Assembly (NCBI GenBank): GCA_009602735.1
Contig: WELA01002782.1
Coordinates: forward strand, 44,077-64,076
Direction of reading: 5' to 3'
DNA from: Mesotaenium endlicherianum
Taxonomy: Eukaryota
DNA: 20,000 nucleotides
In this document: positions 19,467 to 20,000 of the stretch, piece by piece
How positions within the stretch are numbered: the first letter of the stretch is position 1
Layout: the number at the start of each line of letters is the position of its first letter
Notes under the pieces: model-generated
Databases searched by the model: none
What the model was told of the DNA's origin: nothing
The model's input: the letters and a program-made list of their open reading frames with translations, nothing else
Translations under genes and position numbers: made by a program

Positions 19467-19783
19467 ACCCCCACACATACACAGTCACAGGCGCGCACAC
19501 GCAGATATGCGCTTGGACGCACACAGATATGCACATGCGCAAACACAGTGCTCACACACGCAGACATGCACGCACACACACGCACACATGCACATGCGCA
19601 CCCACCCCCACACACACGCACGCACACACACGCATGCGACCCACAAACACACGCACACTAACGCGCGCATTCTCACACAAGACACATCAATAGGCTTTCT
19701 CTCTCTTGCGAACACACGCACACGCACACACCACACGTGTGCACCCACACACACGCGCACACACACGCACACACACACACACA
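19185..19783. repeat. Long compound (CA)n/(CACG)n microsatellite in kelch intron 2
   Basis: About 600 bp of CA/CG-rich simple repeat with a pure CA core near 19398-19463. Confidence 0.97.
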
Positions 19784-20000
19784 ATGTGTCTGTTTGTCTG
19801 TACGCACCAGACAATGTGAAGCTTGGCGTCCGCCCCTCTCCGCCGGACTTCTCCAGAGAGGCTTCTGCCCACGCTGCATTGAGCTCCATCTGACCGTCTG
19901 CAGAGCAGGACGCAGTGAACGAGCGTGCACAAGAGGCAAAGTTGTTTAATCTCTTCCAAGACATCAGGGGGAAGAGCGGGGGGGGGAAAGGGGGGGAAAG

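Noticed and set aside
18849..19964. Numerous long ORFs on both strands
   Set aside because: Produced by CA/CG simple repeats in kelch intron 2.

Overview
Eukaryotic nuclear DNA from the green-plant lineage, most plausibly a streptophyte alga: land-plant-type gene families, GT-AG introns and CA-microsatellite introns. I assembled five spliced genes by hand. (1) The last two exons of a DENR/TMA22 SUI1-domain gene (+, 108-886). (2) A complete 5-exon, bacterial-type L-2-haloacid dehalogenase-like gene with His/Glu-dyad signatures (+, 2351-4364). (3) A 4-exon uncharacterised protein with a His...DCRHY arrangement suggesting a permuted papain-like fold (-, 8127-6231). (4) A 2-exon plant ELM2/SANT chromatin protein (-, 17382-15102). 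(5) The first two exons of a kelch-repeat protein (+, 18573-19117). The central 9.7-14 kb holds a decayed minus-strand reading frame with internal repeats, low-complexity tracts, a degenerate minisatellite and an assembly gap. The best leads are the intron-bearing dehalogenase (HGT candidate), the putative cysteine hydrolase, a short repeat lying upstream of both of these genes in the same relative orientation, and a sharp GC3/intron-style mosaic between neighbouring genes. No rRNA, tRNA, CRISPR array or intact transposase was recognised. Family assignments come from remembered motifs, not database searches.
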